A stretch of DNA of 64,000 nt from Saprolegnia diclina VS20 (Eukaryota): NCBI RefSeq assembly GCF_000281045.1, contig NW_008246105.1:467762-531761 (forward strand), given 5' to 3'. Positions 47,101 to 58,076 of the stretch are shown here, in pieces. The notes under the pieces were generated by a model that saw nothing but the letters and a program-made list of their open reading frames with translations, ran no database searches and had not been told where the DNA came from. The first letter of the stretch is position 1; the number at the start of each line of letters is the position of its first letter. Position numbers and translations under genes: made by a program.

Positions 47101-48805
47101 ACGTCGGTCGAGACGCCGTGGCAACCGCTGCTGCCCTTCGCTCCGAGCGTCTTGGCGCAGCTCGAGCGCGTCGTGGCGTCGCTCTTGGTGATTGGCGCGC
47201 ACCTTGCGCGTCTCGAGTGGTCGGCGCCCTCGGACGTTCTGAGTTTAACCGATCTCCAGCGGCTCTACTGGAGCGTGAATGCGACCACGTACTGGACCAA
47301 CAGCAACGACGTCACGGCGCCATGTATGCCCGACACGATGATGCTGGCGCCGCGCACCGCCTCGGGGAGTCGCTTGCCGCGCAGCGTGTACTCGCACCAG
47401 AAGCAGCTCTCGCTCTCGTCGCTCTCAGACATGATGGCGGCGGTGTTTCGTCGACCGAACGACCCGTTCCTCGTGGTGACGGCCGTGCCCGACCCGCCGT
47501 TCGCGTACGTGGGGCCGCTGCACGGGCACGGCGGGCTGCAGATGCCGCAGCCCGACGTCTCCCGCGTCCGGTCCTACTCGGCGCCGGTCGGCCACGAGGG
47601 CTCGGCGAGCTCCAATGCCGAGTGGGACGACACGGACCTCGAGTTGGAAGTTGACGGCGCAGGCTTCTGGCATGCGTGCTCGCAGGAGCACCGCAAGCAC
47701 ACGATGGCTCTCGCTACGTCGTACGAAGCGCTCGACGGCGCGTGGGGCGACTGGCACGCAGCCGCGATCGCCGACCACAAGTACATGAGCGGCCGCCTCA
47801 CGCCCGCTGCGTACCGCGTCGCCAACCTCCGCCTTATCCACGACCTCTCGAGCCGGCAGACCACGCCGTCATCGGCCTCTTCGTGGCCGCCGACACCATG
47901 GCCGTGGAGTGTCTTGCTTCCGGTAGGACGCAAATGTAGTGCAAATTTGATCGAGTCCTTGTGGCGTAGACGGCCACGCATACGGTGGCGCTCGTCCAGC
48001 CGGGCGACGAGCCGCTGCAAGTGACGAGCTTCCGCAGCGCGCACATTGCCGATTGGCGGGCGCAGGTGACCAAACTCTGTCTTAACCCGACGCTGTCGTC
48101 GCTCGACATCAGCCGCGTCCTGCGCCTCCTCGGTCCCAAGGTCCCACCTCCAGTCGCGCTCGGTTTTTGAGGAAAATACAATGCAAATAGGTTCTTATCA
48201 AGGTGCTCTCGTCGGTCTTGCTCGAGACGCCTCTCGTTGTTGTGTCGTCGTCCGTGACACTCGTCCACGAAGTGATCTACGTCCTCCTCTACCTCTTGAA
48301 GCCCTTCGAGTGGCACTACCTCGTCGCGCCCTACCTCTCGCTCGCCTCGCTGAGCTCGCTCCTCGATCTGCTTCGCCTCTACACGCAGCACAAGACGCCG
48401 ACAACGTCCGAGCCGCCGTTCATCGTCGGCGTCTCGCTCGACACGTGGCGCGAGTGCGCGTACCAGCTCTCGCGCTGGCCGCTCGCCAAGGCTTGTAGCG
48501 GCTGCATCAGCGTCCTCCACGTCGACACCGACGTCCCGAGCGTGTTCCAGAAGGCCTCCAACCCTGCGTTTGCCGTGCACCTGCCGTCCAAGCTGCGCAA
48601 GCTCGTGGTCGAAGCGGCGGTGACGAACGAGCCGTCGCACGTCATGGCGGCCATCGACCGCGTGTACGACATTGTGTTGCGCAGCTGCCAGAAGACCCAC
48701 TCGTTCAAGCAGTGGTTCCGCCTCGAGAACCTCGAGTTCGTCAAGCTCTTCCAGCTCACGTGGACGTACCAGTCGTACCTCAAGACAACGGCCGAGTCAG
48801 TGTGA
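44107..48805 (+). CDS. Very large helical-repeat (TPR-like) protein with C-terminal DENN-like domain, multi-exon
   Basis: Consecutive long ORFs joined by short introns. C-terminal VLSSVLLETPLVVVSSS...LLKPFEWHYLVAPYL...PPFIVGV is cDENN-like; FVKLFQLTWTYQSYL is dDENN-like. Confidence 0.72.
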
Positions 48806-48849
48806 TGAGACGCGAACGAAGCACATTAAGTTATAACTCGTCGTCGAAT

Positions 48850-49353
48850 TTACATGGTGAGCTCCATGATGGCGTTGACGATGTCGTTGTCGTTCGACTT
48901 GAGGGCGGCAACGGCCTTGGCGCGCGAGACACCCGACTGCGACATGACGAGCTGGATGTCCTTGGCGTCGACGCCGGTCTCATCGACCTCGGCATCGTCC
49001 TCCTCGACGGCGGCCTCAGCCTCGACCTTGGCCTCGGCGATGGGGGCGGCCTGCTGCTGCTGGGCGAACTGCTGGGCCTGGGCGTTGAGGTCCTCGATCT
49101 TGGCTTCGCCGAAGATGACGTACGTCTCCGAGGCCGAGCTCTTGAAGACATCCGGCTTGGAGATGACGAAGAGCGTCGACTTGGACTTCTTGATCGTGGC
49201 GCGGATGATGCCGGGGATCTGCTTCATGCCGAGCTTCTGCATGGCCTTGCGCGACTTCTTCTCGGCCTTGTTCGTGATCGAGTCGTCCTCGTGGTGGTCA
49301 TGATCGTGGTCATGCTCGTGGTCGTGGTCGTGCGAGTGATCGTGGTCAGCCAT
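48850..49353 (-). CDS. NACA: Nascent polypeptide-associated complex subunit alpha
   Basis: [43 protein letters not shown] domain [19 protein letters not shown]...[11 protein letters not shown]. Confidence 0.97.
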   Translation of the reverse strand: MADHDHSHDHDHEHDHDHDHHEDDSITNKAEKKSRKAMQKLGMKQIPGIIRATIKKSKSTLFVISKPDVFKSSASETYVIFGEAKIEDLNAQAQQFAQQQQAAPIAEAKVEAEAAVEEDDAEVDETGVDAKDIQLVMSQSGVSRAKAVAALKSNDNDIVNAIMELTM

Positions 49354-50292
49354 GTCTTCGAAAAGGGTTCGTTCGTCGAATGGCATCGCGCCACCAAAAT
49401 GCATAGAGACCACCAATCAAACTCGCAGCCAATCACAGCGCCCGTGAGAATGCATTGGCCAATCAATGCACGCCATTGCAGATCCGCGCGCGGCCTGGAG
49501 TTTGGAGCTCCTGACTCAAGGCAACGAGCCCAACAGGCAACTGCAACCTCCCAGCGCCCGTCCCAGCGCTAAACACGTCCGGAGATGCGTGTTAGAAATA
49601 GCAAGGTTATGCATATCCTTGGGATTCGGGATGTGTCGCATCAGCGCAGTCCCATACACGCCAACTCGCACGCTTACTATGCCCCGGGCTGGTGTTCAAA
49701 GGGCGTAGCCTCCAGGTAAGGGCGACGGTAACGTTATGTGTGAATTGAGCCTCAGACTGCATGTAATATTTGAAATGATGTGAGCGAGATACTGGAGCGA
49801 CAAGGCTGGCGCGCTCATCTTTTAAGTTACTGTAGAACAAGTCCAGCAGGCCAGAACAGAGCTCGCTGCGATGAACACTCAGAGCCGAACGCCGGGGTTG
49901 GATTGATCACTCACTAGCAAGCCTGCAGGGCTCCCACTCGACGCCTTTTCATAGCGCAAGCAGCATTTTATACCACTCCTCCCTAGCTCCTTCCACTAAT
50001 ACCACCTACAACTTCCTATTTCATGGCCGCTTCAATTCCCGTCATGGACTCGTGGACTCTGGTGAGCAGTCGCTGCACCGCTGTCTTGGCGCGCTTTCGC
50101 GTGTCAAGCCATCCGCCAATCAAAAGCCGTTCTAATTTTGGCCAATCGTTCGGGCCCAACGAAAGTGGTTTGATTGGTTATAATCCTCTCTATTTCATCG
50201 AATGGCATCGCGCGAAATTACTGGTGGGGGCGCGGGTTGTGCTTTCAAGGCTCTGCGTCGCGGAGCTTTACTCTTTCACAAGCCTCAGCAAA

Positions 50293-50936
50293 AGTACGTG
50301 CCATCATGAGCGAGGAGCCGAGGCTAAGCTCTGCGTCTAGTGAAGTTCAACTCGACTGTCACCTCGTCGCGCCGCAAGTGCCGCAAGGCCCACTTCGGTG
50401 CCCACTCGACCCAGCGTCGCGTGCTCATGAGCGCCAACCTGTCCAAGGACCTCCAGTCCAAGTACAACGTAAGTAGCTCATCGTAAGATGGAGCGGTACT
50501 CTTCCGTTCCCAGCGTAAGCCCATGTCGGGATGCTCCGTCATCCTGGCACTTCATGGCAGCTTTGAGGACTCGTGTAAGCTGCGCCGCCGACCAGAGATG
50601 CGCCGCGAATGGGAGCTCATGCCCATGTAGGTCCGCTCGATGCCCATCCGCAAGGACGACGAGGTCACGATCGTCCGTGGCTCGTTCAAGAACCGTGAGG
50701 GCCGCGTCACGCAGTGCTACCGCAAGAAGTTCGTCATCCACGTCGAGCGTGTCGTCAAGGAGAAGGTCAACGGCGCCGCCGTCCCGGTCGGCATCCACCC
50801 CTCCAAGGTCGTCATCACCAAGCTCAAGCTCGACAAGGACCGCAAGAAGATCCTCGAGCGCAAGAACCGCGCTGTCGGTGACAAGAACAAGGGCAAGTTC
50901 ACGGAGGCCGATGTCGCCATGGCCAACGTCGATTAA
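50293..50936 (+). CDS. RPL26: 60S ribosomal protein L26 (uL24); start codon apparently split by intron 1
   Basis: Exons 50293 (A), 50341-50468 and 50631-50936 encode [19 protein letters not shown]...[15 protein letters not shown]...[19 protein letters not shown]. Confidence 0.95.
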
Positions 50937-51110
50937 ATTTGCGATCGTGCGTTCCACTGCGGCTGCAGAAAGAGGTGAAGAGTACGTCGTTAACCCATTC
51001 CTTATGGACTAAGACCCCTTTCTTCTACTTTGCTCTGTCTGCATAAACCCCTAGTAGCAACAAAATACACCAACGTCAACTACTCATGTTGCATCAGAGA
51101 TAAATAAGAA

Positions 51111-52586
51111 TTAGGATAAGGCCGGCGGCGTCGCTTCCAGCGCGTCCGCAGTCTTGGCCCGATGGCGCACGCGCCGCTTGGCGAGAAGCGCGGTTGCGCT
51201 CCAGAGGCCGACGGCAAAGAGCAGCCATGCGTATGCAAACGTAAGCGTCTTGGTGAGGCCATCGCGGTCGGTCGAGCAGAGCGGGTCCAGCGCAAGGCTG
51301 CCGTCGGGTGCGACCACGCTCCCGCAGTGCGGCGCCCACGCGTCCTTGAGCGCCCCGAGCAAAATCGGCGACGGCACGTCGCCAAAGAGGTGCAGCAGCA
51401 GCGTGTTGAGGCCCATGGCGAAGCCGCGCCGGGCCTTCGCGACGTTCAAGAGAATGACGACGGTCGTCGCGGCCTGCGTCGAGAAGAGACAGAGGAGCCC
51501 GAACGCGAGGCAGACAAAGAAGACGCCCGTCGTGTGCATCGTCGCGAGCGACGCAAAGAGGCTCGCGACGCCCAGCGCCATCATGACGACCATCTGCTTG
51601 GCGGCGGCGAGCACGCGGAAGGCGTCGTCGTTATCGTGGCCGGCGCACGACCGGTCGAGAAGGAAGCCGCCGAGCGGCGACCCAATGAGCCCACTTAGAA
51701 TCGCGACAAGCCCAAAGACGGTGGAGGCCATCGCTTCGGGGAGGAGACCGTACCCAATCATGATCGACGGCGCGAAGGCCCCGAGGCCCGCGACCGTAAA
51801 CGCGTACGCGGCGAGGCCCAAGCTCGCGGTCAAAAAGACCGAGTCGGACATGATCGCCCACGCCTCGGTCGTCGCTGTGACGGTCGGCGTGTCCAGCAGC
51901 ACGACCGACGGGCGGTCGAGAGGCGTCGAGAAGGAGAGCGTCCTACTGTCGACGTCGCTTCTTGACGTCGCATCGTGGAACGGCTCGTTGAACGCGGGCG
52001 GGATCATCGCGTAGCATGCGTAGACGAGCGGCAGCATGATGAGCGCAATGAGGTAGAAGGCGACGTCCCACCCGAGCGTGCGCGCCAGGAGCGAGCCGTA
52101 CGAGTAGCCTAGCGCGGTGCCCGCCGACATGCCCGAGTAAAAGATGCCGAGCCACAGCGTCCGCTTGCCTGGTGGCGCAAACTCGTCGATGAAGGACGGC
52201 GTTGTCGCATGGAAGGACGACTCGCCGACGCCGCTGAGGAGGCGCCCGATGAGGAGGAGGTAGAAACTGCCAGCGGTCTTAGCCAGGCCGCATACGACGA
52301 GCGCGAGGACCCAGAGACCGAGACCGATGGCCGCGAGCGTGAACGGCCGGTGGCGCATCGAGAGGTAGCCAAAGATGCAGATGAAGACCGAGTAGGACGC
52401 AATGAAGGCCGAGACAAGGAGCCCGAGGTAGACGCTCACGTGGTCCGGAGCGACGCCGTGCGTCTGCTGGATGAACGCCTGGAACTGGATCGGCGCGCCG
52501 GGAATGATACCGCGGTCAATGAAGTTGAGCAAGTTGATGACGCAGAGGAGGCCAAAGACCGCACCGGGCGTCGATAGCTGGACCAT
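51111..52586 (-). CDS. Spinster-family MFS transporter
   Basis: INLLNFIDRGII, GRLLSGVGESSF, FIDEFAPPGKRTLWLGIFY..GTALGY.YG, HLFGDVPSP; about 12 hydrophobic segments. Confidence 0.92.
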   Translation of the reverse strand: MVQLSTPGAVFGLLCVINLLNFIDRGIIPGAPIQFQAFIQQTHGVAPDHVSVYLGLLVSAFIASYSVFICIFGYLSMRHRPFTLAAIGLGLWVLALVVCGLAKTAGSFYLLLIGRLLSGVGESSFHATTPSFIDEFAPPGKRTLWLGIFYSGMSAGTALGYSYGSLLARTLGWDVAFYLIALIMLPLVYACYAMIPPAFNEPFHDATSRSDVDSRTLSFSTPLDRPSVVLLDTPTVTATTEAWAIMSDSVFLTASLGLAAYAFTVAGLGAFAPSIMIGYGLLPEAMASTVFGLVAILSGLIGSPLGGFLLDRSCAGHDNDDAFRVLAAAKQMVVMMALGVASLFASLATMHTTGVFFVCLAFGLLCLFSTQAATTVVILLNVAKARRGFAMGLNTLLLHLFGDVPSPILLGALKDAWAPHCGSVVAPDGSLALDPLCSTDRDGLTKTLTFAYAWLLFAVGLWSATALLAKRRVRHRAKTADALEATPPALS

Positions 52587-53595
52587 GCCGCTGCGAGTTG
52601 TCGAGTGCACCAAGTGGCGGGTGGGAGCAACGCTGCGACACGCCGCATCCAGTGTTTTCGACTTGAAACAAGCGAGCAGCCGTTGCCACTGGTCACTGGA
52701 TCTTGGTGCAGCAAACAGTGTTTTGGCGCCAAATGCACTGCATGCTCGATTCGATGTCGGCACGATGGATGATGCCGGAACTTTGCTTTGCAGATGCGGA
52801 GGTGTACGAGGAATTGACCTTGCGTTCGCGCAGACAGAAGCCCTCAATGACACAGTCCACGCGGCCAAGGTCGCTATCACGTGGGTACATCGGCAAGGTG
52901 TGATAGCCGATGAGATCTCATTTGACGCACCACTGTCGTCGGCAGTGCACTCGCCCCTTGGATGGTAAGCGACCGAGTCATTGTGGTAGAGATCGTGCAG
53001 ATATTACTCGTCGAAAGTTGGCCGACGTCAACACGGGCTTTGAGGTGCGTGCGAGGTTCGATCAACGGGCAAAATAAAATCGAGTTGAACCAACGTTAGG
53101 GTGCTTATGGCGACGAGCTCGATGCCCACCTTTGGGTAAAGTCTTCGTCTCAATGGCCTTTTCCAATGCTTGGGAGAATGCCGCCTGCGTGTCCTGGGAC
53201 CAAGGGATATAATAATATTATATCCCTTTGGGACGCAGCTGACATGACGAGCACCTTGGACGGTTCGCTTTTGCTTATCCGTAACTTGTGCCTGGAATCC
53301 GGCAAATCACTAAAACATACCTTAAATAGTGTTACATTTTTGTTTCTGGGTTAAACCCATGGGTTAAACCAACCTGAACGAATGGTTTAACTCCCACGCC
53401 ACCGCAGCGCTTTCGGAGACCAAAACAAGCAGTGCTCGAAGCTTTGTTGCTTTGACTACTGCTGAAAGATGAAGACAACGGAGTTTTGCCTTGCTATAGC
53501 GATAGGCATCTCCACTGACTGATATCATGCGACGGTCTTGTTTTCTGAACACTATTTCAAGTACACAACCGGCAGCGCTCGCAGACGACTGCAAC

Positions 53596-55174
53596 ATGGA
53601 CCCAAGCCTCGTGACTGCGCTTCGCGGCTTGGACAAGCCGACGCAGAAGCTCCTGCGCAACGTCGTGCATCTCCAGCCGGTCCAAGACCTCCTCCTCACC
53701 TTCCTCGGCGACACCTCGCGGTCCTTCGAAGACTGGATTTGGGACCCGAAGACGCGCGAGGTGCTCGGCCGCGTCGAAGCGTCAGCCGAGCCACCGACCG
53801 CAGCACCCACGGCGGCCCACTCCAAGTTCAACCAGCTCTTCGCCGATGCGCTCCTCGAGCAGCGCGAGACGATCGACGTGGACGAGCTCTTGGACGCCGC
53901 CGAGGCGGAGAAGGCACTCGCCAAGGAGTGCTTTGCGCACAAGGAGTTTGCGAACGCCATGTCCAAGTACAAGAAGATTGCGGACAAGCTCAAGCCCCAC
54001 ATCACCATGAGTGACGGCCTCTGTGATTTGTACGTGGCGTGCTGCGCCAACGTCGCGGTCTGCGCGGTCAAGGTGCAACACTGGCACCTCGTGCGCGAGT
54101 ATGCCCACGCCGCGCTGGCCGTGACCAAGGACCACGCGAAGGCTTGGTACTGCCTCGCCAAGGTCCACGTGAACGAAAAGTGCTTCAACGACGCGCTCGA
54201 CGCAGTCCAGCACGCCATCGCGTTGAGCCCGAATGACCGCGCGCTCCTGCAACTGCAAGCCGAGATCCCGGTGATCGAAGCCAAGGTTCGCAGCCAGCAA
54301 GAGGCCGAACAAGCCGTATTGCGGAAGCGTGCTCAAGCCGACTTGCTCGCCAAGGAAGAGGCAGCCAAGCGAGACGCCGCGCGCGTGGTCGCCTTGACGC
54401 GCTTCGTTGCGCTGCCGCAGCCCCACGCCACCCTTGGCGCCATCAGCCGCCTGAATGAGTTTGTGCAGCGGTCGCGAGTGACGGTACGTTGCTCCACCCG
54501 CTGCGCTTTTATGATAGAGCTCGTAGCTCGGGATCGAGTCGACCAAGATCGAGGAAGGGCCGCCGCAGCGATTCCAGTGCACGATGAAGAACCTCACCGA
54601 GAACGACGCGGTGCTCGGTGTCGGCGAGGGCCTCAGCAAGCAGGAAGCCAAGGAGAATGCGGCCAAGGCGGCGGTGCTCCAGATGTGGCAGCACCGGGCG
54701 TCGACGGGGACGCTCCACGACGACGACAAGGCCTTCCTTGCGACGCACCCTCATATCCTGCACACGTGGTCGCTCGCCCCGCCGCTGGACGAAGGCGCAC
54801 AGTCGGTCGTCGACAAGGTGTACACCTGCGCCATCTACCCCACGCCCAACGATACGATGCACATGCCCAACATGCTCCTGAACCAGTACACGTCGCAGGG
54901 CAAGATGCACGTACGTACACCGTCGACCTCCTCGATCCAGGCAAGGTGCTGATGGCGATGGTAGTTTGAGTACACTGTCGAAGACTTGTCCAAGCGCGAC
55001 GCCAGTGACTTTCTCGTCTCCGGGATTCTCAACGGTCGCTGCGTCGCGACGGCCCGTGGTCCGTCCAAGAAACGCGCCAAGCTCGAGGTCGCCGAGCAAG
55101 CGCTTGCAATCGCGTACCGCGAGAGCCGTGAAGCGTTCCCGGACCAGGAGGACCCGTACGTCGGGTACCGTTAG
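53596..55174 (+). CDS. TPR-domain protein with two double-stranded RNA-binding domains (3 exons)
   Basis: Three TPRs (AEAEKALAKECFAHKEFANAMSKY, ACCANVAVCAVK, HAKAWYCLAKVH..AIALSPND). Introns 54484-54526 and 54911-54964 reconstruct dsRBD1 AISRLNEFVQ...FQCTM...LGVGEGLSKQEAKENAAKAAV and dsRBD2 PNMLLNQYTSQ...FEY...FLVSGILNGRCVATARGPSKKRAKLEVAEQAL. Confidence 0.82.
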
Positions 55175-55642
55175 GCTTGGACCCTGTATCTGCTTCATAC
55201 GATGCTCGCGCTATGTTTTCGTGCGACTTTGGCGAGCTTCGTTGGGCTCCAACAGCTCTGGCGCATGGCTTCCTGGGAGATCGTCACATGCAAGATACTG
55301 TGCAGTCTGCGACACATGGTGGCCCAGCTTCAAGTCGCTGCCGAGACCGCGCAAACCGCCGACCCACCTCGAATCCTCCTTGCAGATAGGATCCACCTAG
55401 CATGCATATCCTACCAAGATCGCTCAGGCTTCTTGCATGGGTCGTGGCTCCAAGCATCATCCTTACCGCATGCATCTTCCTGCGCCTTGGGCCATCGGGT
55501 GATGATGACTTCCGTGGACTTCCTTCCTGCATGACGTCGTCGGCCCCTCGCTTCCTCCATGAGGGTCCTTGCTTGCTTGCAGGTTGCCGTGACCATGGTC
55601 CTGCCGGGGCCATGGCACCGGCGTCCCGCGTCGTCGCGGTCG

Positions 55643-55714
55643 CTCTAGAACCTTCCACGGGCAATTGCCGACTGCGCGGCCGCGAAGGAAAGATCCCCGA
55701 CGAACATTCGAGAT
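55643..55714 (+). promoter_or_regulatory. Two candidate heat-shock elements upstream of mitochondrial Hsp70
   Basis: CTCtaGAAccTTC (55643-55655) and GAAcaTTCgaGAT (55702-55714) are alternating nGAAn units, each with one mismatch. Confidence 0.5.
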
Positions 55715-55919
55715 GGCGTTTCGGCTTGTATCCGGTCGTCCGGATACGTAACCACCCCACGTGTGATTGGCCGGTTGGTTTCACTGGCGCGGAGTCTACG
55801 AATCCGTACATCGTACATTCAAGGTAGAGGTTTTCTATCATGCTTTTTGTATATGGAAATGGACGGAATGTACGGTATCTCGAACGCAATGTACGCGCCG
55901 GGCCAACCGCAACCACAGT

Positions 55920-55935
55920 TCACTTTTCCATTTGC
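55920..55935 (+). promoter_or_regulatory. Oomycete INR+FPR core promoter
   Basis: TCACTTT-TC-CATTTGC fits YCAYTYY-nn-MWTTTNC, 20 nt before the Hsp70 ATG. Confidence 0.7.
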
Positions 55936-55955
55936 ACCAAATAGAAGCCGCCCCC

Positions 55956-57905
55956 ATGTTGCGCACGACCAGCAAGGTGCTCAAGCCCGCCCGCGCCAGC
56001 CGCGCCTTCTCGGCCGCCTCGGGCAACGAGGTCATCGGCATCGATCTCGGCACGACCAACTCGTGCGTCGCCGTCATGGAGGGCAAGAGCCCGCGTGTCA
56101 TTGAGAACTCGGAGGGCTCGCGCACGACGCCCTCGGTGGTCGCGATCCTCGAGAACGGCGAGCGCCTCGTGGGCATGCCCGCCAAGCGCCAGGCGGTCAC
56201 CAACCCGACCAACACGCTCTACGCCGTCAAGCGCCTCATCGGCCGCAAGTTCAACGACAAGGAAACGCAGGAGGTCTCCAAGGTGGTCTCGTACAAGATC
56301 GTCCCTGGCACCAACGGCTCGGACGCCTGGGTCGAGGCCCAGGGCCAGAAGTACTCGCCCTCGCAGATCGGCTCGATGGTCCTCACCAAGATGAAGGAGA
56401 CGGCCGATGGTTTCCTCGGCAAGACGATCACACAGGCGGTTGTCACGGTCCCGGCCTATTTCAACGACTCGCAGCGCCAGGCCACCAAGGACGCTGGTAA
56501 GATTGCCGGCCTTGACGTGCTTCGTATCATCAACGAGCCCACGGCCGCTGCCTTGGCCTACGGCATGGACAAGGCCGACGGCAAGGTCATCGCCGTCTTC
56601 GATTTGGGTGGTGGCACCTTCGATGTCTCCATCCTCGAAATCTCGGGCGGTGTGTTTGAGGTCAAGTCGACCAACGGTGACACGCTTTTGGGCGGTGAAG
56701 ATTTCGATGAGGAGCTCCTTCGCTTCCTCGTCGGCGAGTTCAAGCGCGAGTCGGGCATCGACCTCAGCGGTGATGTCCTCGCCATGCAGCGCCTCCGCGA
56801 AGCTGCCGAGAAGGCCAAGCGTGAGCTCGATGGTCTTGCCCAGACGGACGTCTCGCTTCCGTTCATCACGGCCGATGCCACGGGCCCCAAGCACTTGAAC
56901 ATCAAGATCACGCGCGCCCAGTTCGAGAAGCTCGTCGGTCACCTCATCGAGCGCACCTTGAACCCGTGCAAGAAGTGCGTCAAGGACGCTGGCGTCTCGA
57001 AGGAGGAGATCAACGAGGTCATCTTGGTCGGTGGTATGTCGCGCATGCCCAAGGTCCAGCAGTCGGTCGAAGACTTCTTCGGCAAGCGCCCCTCAAAGGG
57101 TGTCAACCCCGATGAGGTTGTCGCCATGGGCGCCGCCATCCAGGGCGGTGTGCTCCGCGGTGACGTCAAGGACATTCTCCTCCTCGATGTCACGCCGCTC
57201 TCGCTCGGCATCGAGACGCTTGGCGGTGTCTTCACCAAGCTCATTCCCCGCAACACGACGATCCCGACGAAGAAGTCGCAGGTCTTCTCGACGGCGTCGG
57301 ACAACCAGACGCAGGTCGGCATCAAGGTCCTCCAGGGCGAGCGTGAAATGGCCGCTGACAACAAGTCGCTCGGCAACTTCGACCTCCAGAACATCCCGCC
57401 GGCCCCGCGTGGTATCCCCCAGATCGAGGTCAGCTTCGACATTGACGCCAACGGTATCGTGAACGTGTCGGCCCGCGACAAGGCCACGGGCAAGGAGCAG
57501 TCGATTGTCATCCAGTCATCGGGCGGCCTCTCGGAGGACGAGATTGAGCGCATGGTCCGTGAGGCCGAGCTCAACGCCGAGGCCGATGCCAAGCGCAAGG
57601 AGCTCATCGAAGTCAAGAACGAAGCCGACTCGCTCGTCTACAACGCCGAGAAGACGCTCTCGGAGCACGAGTCGAAGCTCGACGCCGCTCTCGTCGAGTC
57701 GGTCAAGGCTTCGATGCAGGCTGTCCGCGACGCGATCGAGAAGGACGACGCCGCCACGATCAAGGCTGCCCTTGAGGACATGCAGAAGGTCAGCATGAAG
57801 ATCGGCGAGGCCATCTACAAGCAGGGCAACGCTGACGGCGCCGCCTCGGAGGAGGAGAAGAAGGAGGACGTCCACGACGCCGAGTTCAAGGACAAGAAGC
57901 CCTAA
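55956..57905 (+). CDS. HSPA9: Mitochondrial Hsp70 (DnaK/mortalin)
   Basis: Presequence [64 protein letters not shown]; no EEVD or KDEL terminus. Confidence 0.97.
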   Translation: MLRTTSKVLKPARASRAFSAASGNEVIGIDLGTTNSCVAVMEGKSPRVIENSEGSRTTPSVVAILENGERLVGMPAKRQAVTNPTNTLYAVKRLIGRKFNDKETQEVSKVVSYKIVPGTNGSDAWVEAQGQKYSPSQIGSMVLTKMKETADGFLGKTITQAVVTVPAYFNDSQRQATKDAGKIAGLDVLRIINEPTAAALAYGMDKADGKVIAVFDLGGGTFDVSILEISGGVFEVKSTNGDTLLGGEDFDEELLRFLVGEFKRESGIDLSGDVLAMQRLREAAEKAKRELDGLAQTDVSLPFITADATGPKHLNIKITRAQFEKLVGHLIERTLNPCKKCVKDAGVSKEEINEVILVGGMSRMPKVQQSVEDFFGKRPSKGVNPDEVVAMGAAIQGGVLRGDVKDILLLDVTPLSLGIETLGGVFTKLIPRNTTIPTKKSQVFSTASDNQTQVGIKVLQGEREMAADNKSLGNFDLQNIPPAPRGIPQIEVSFDIDANGIVNVSARDKATGKEQSIVIQSSGGLSEDEIERMVREAELNAEADAKRKELIEVKNEADSLVYNAEKTLSEHESKLDAALVESVKASMQAVRDAIEKDDAATIKAALEDMQKVSMKIGEAIYKQGNADGAASEEEKKEDVHDAEFKDKKP

Positions 57906-58076
57906 ACACGTAGTCGATTTTTAAAGTGCAATAGAGAAGGATGTATAGACACTTCTCGTGTGAGAACGTAGTCCCCTGAGATACCAGCCACCCAGTCCTC
58001 CTTAGTGCATGCAGCTAAAACCTCGTCGCCGACAGTTTACAGTTTGGCTGAACCAAAAACTCTATGATGAGGCGCA

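Noticed and set aside
53348..53391. gggttaaacc direct repeat with the palindrome aacccatgggtt upstream of the TPR-dsRBD gene
   Set aside because: No partner terminal inverted repeat or target-site duplication found, so it cannot be called a MITE or regulatory site.
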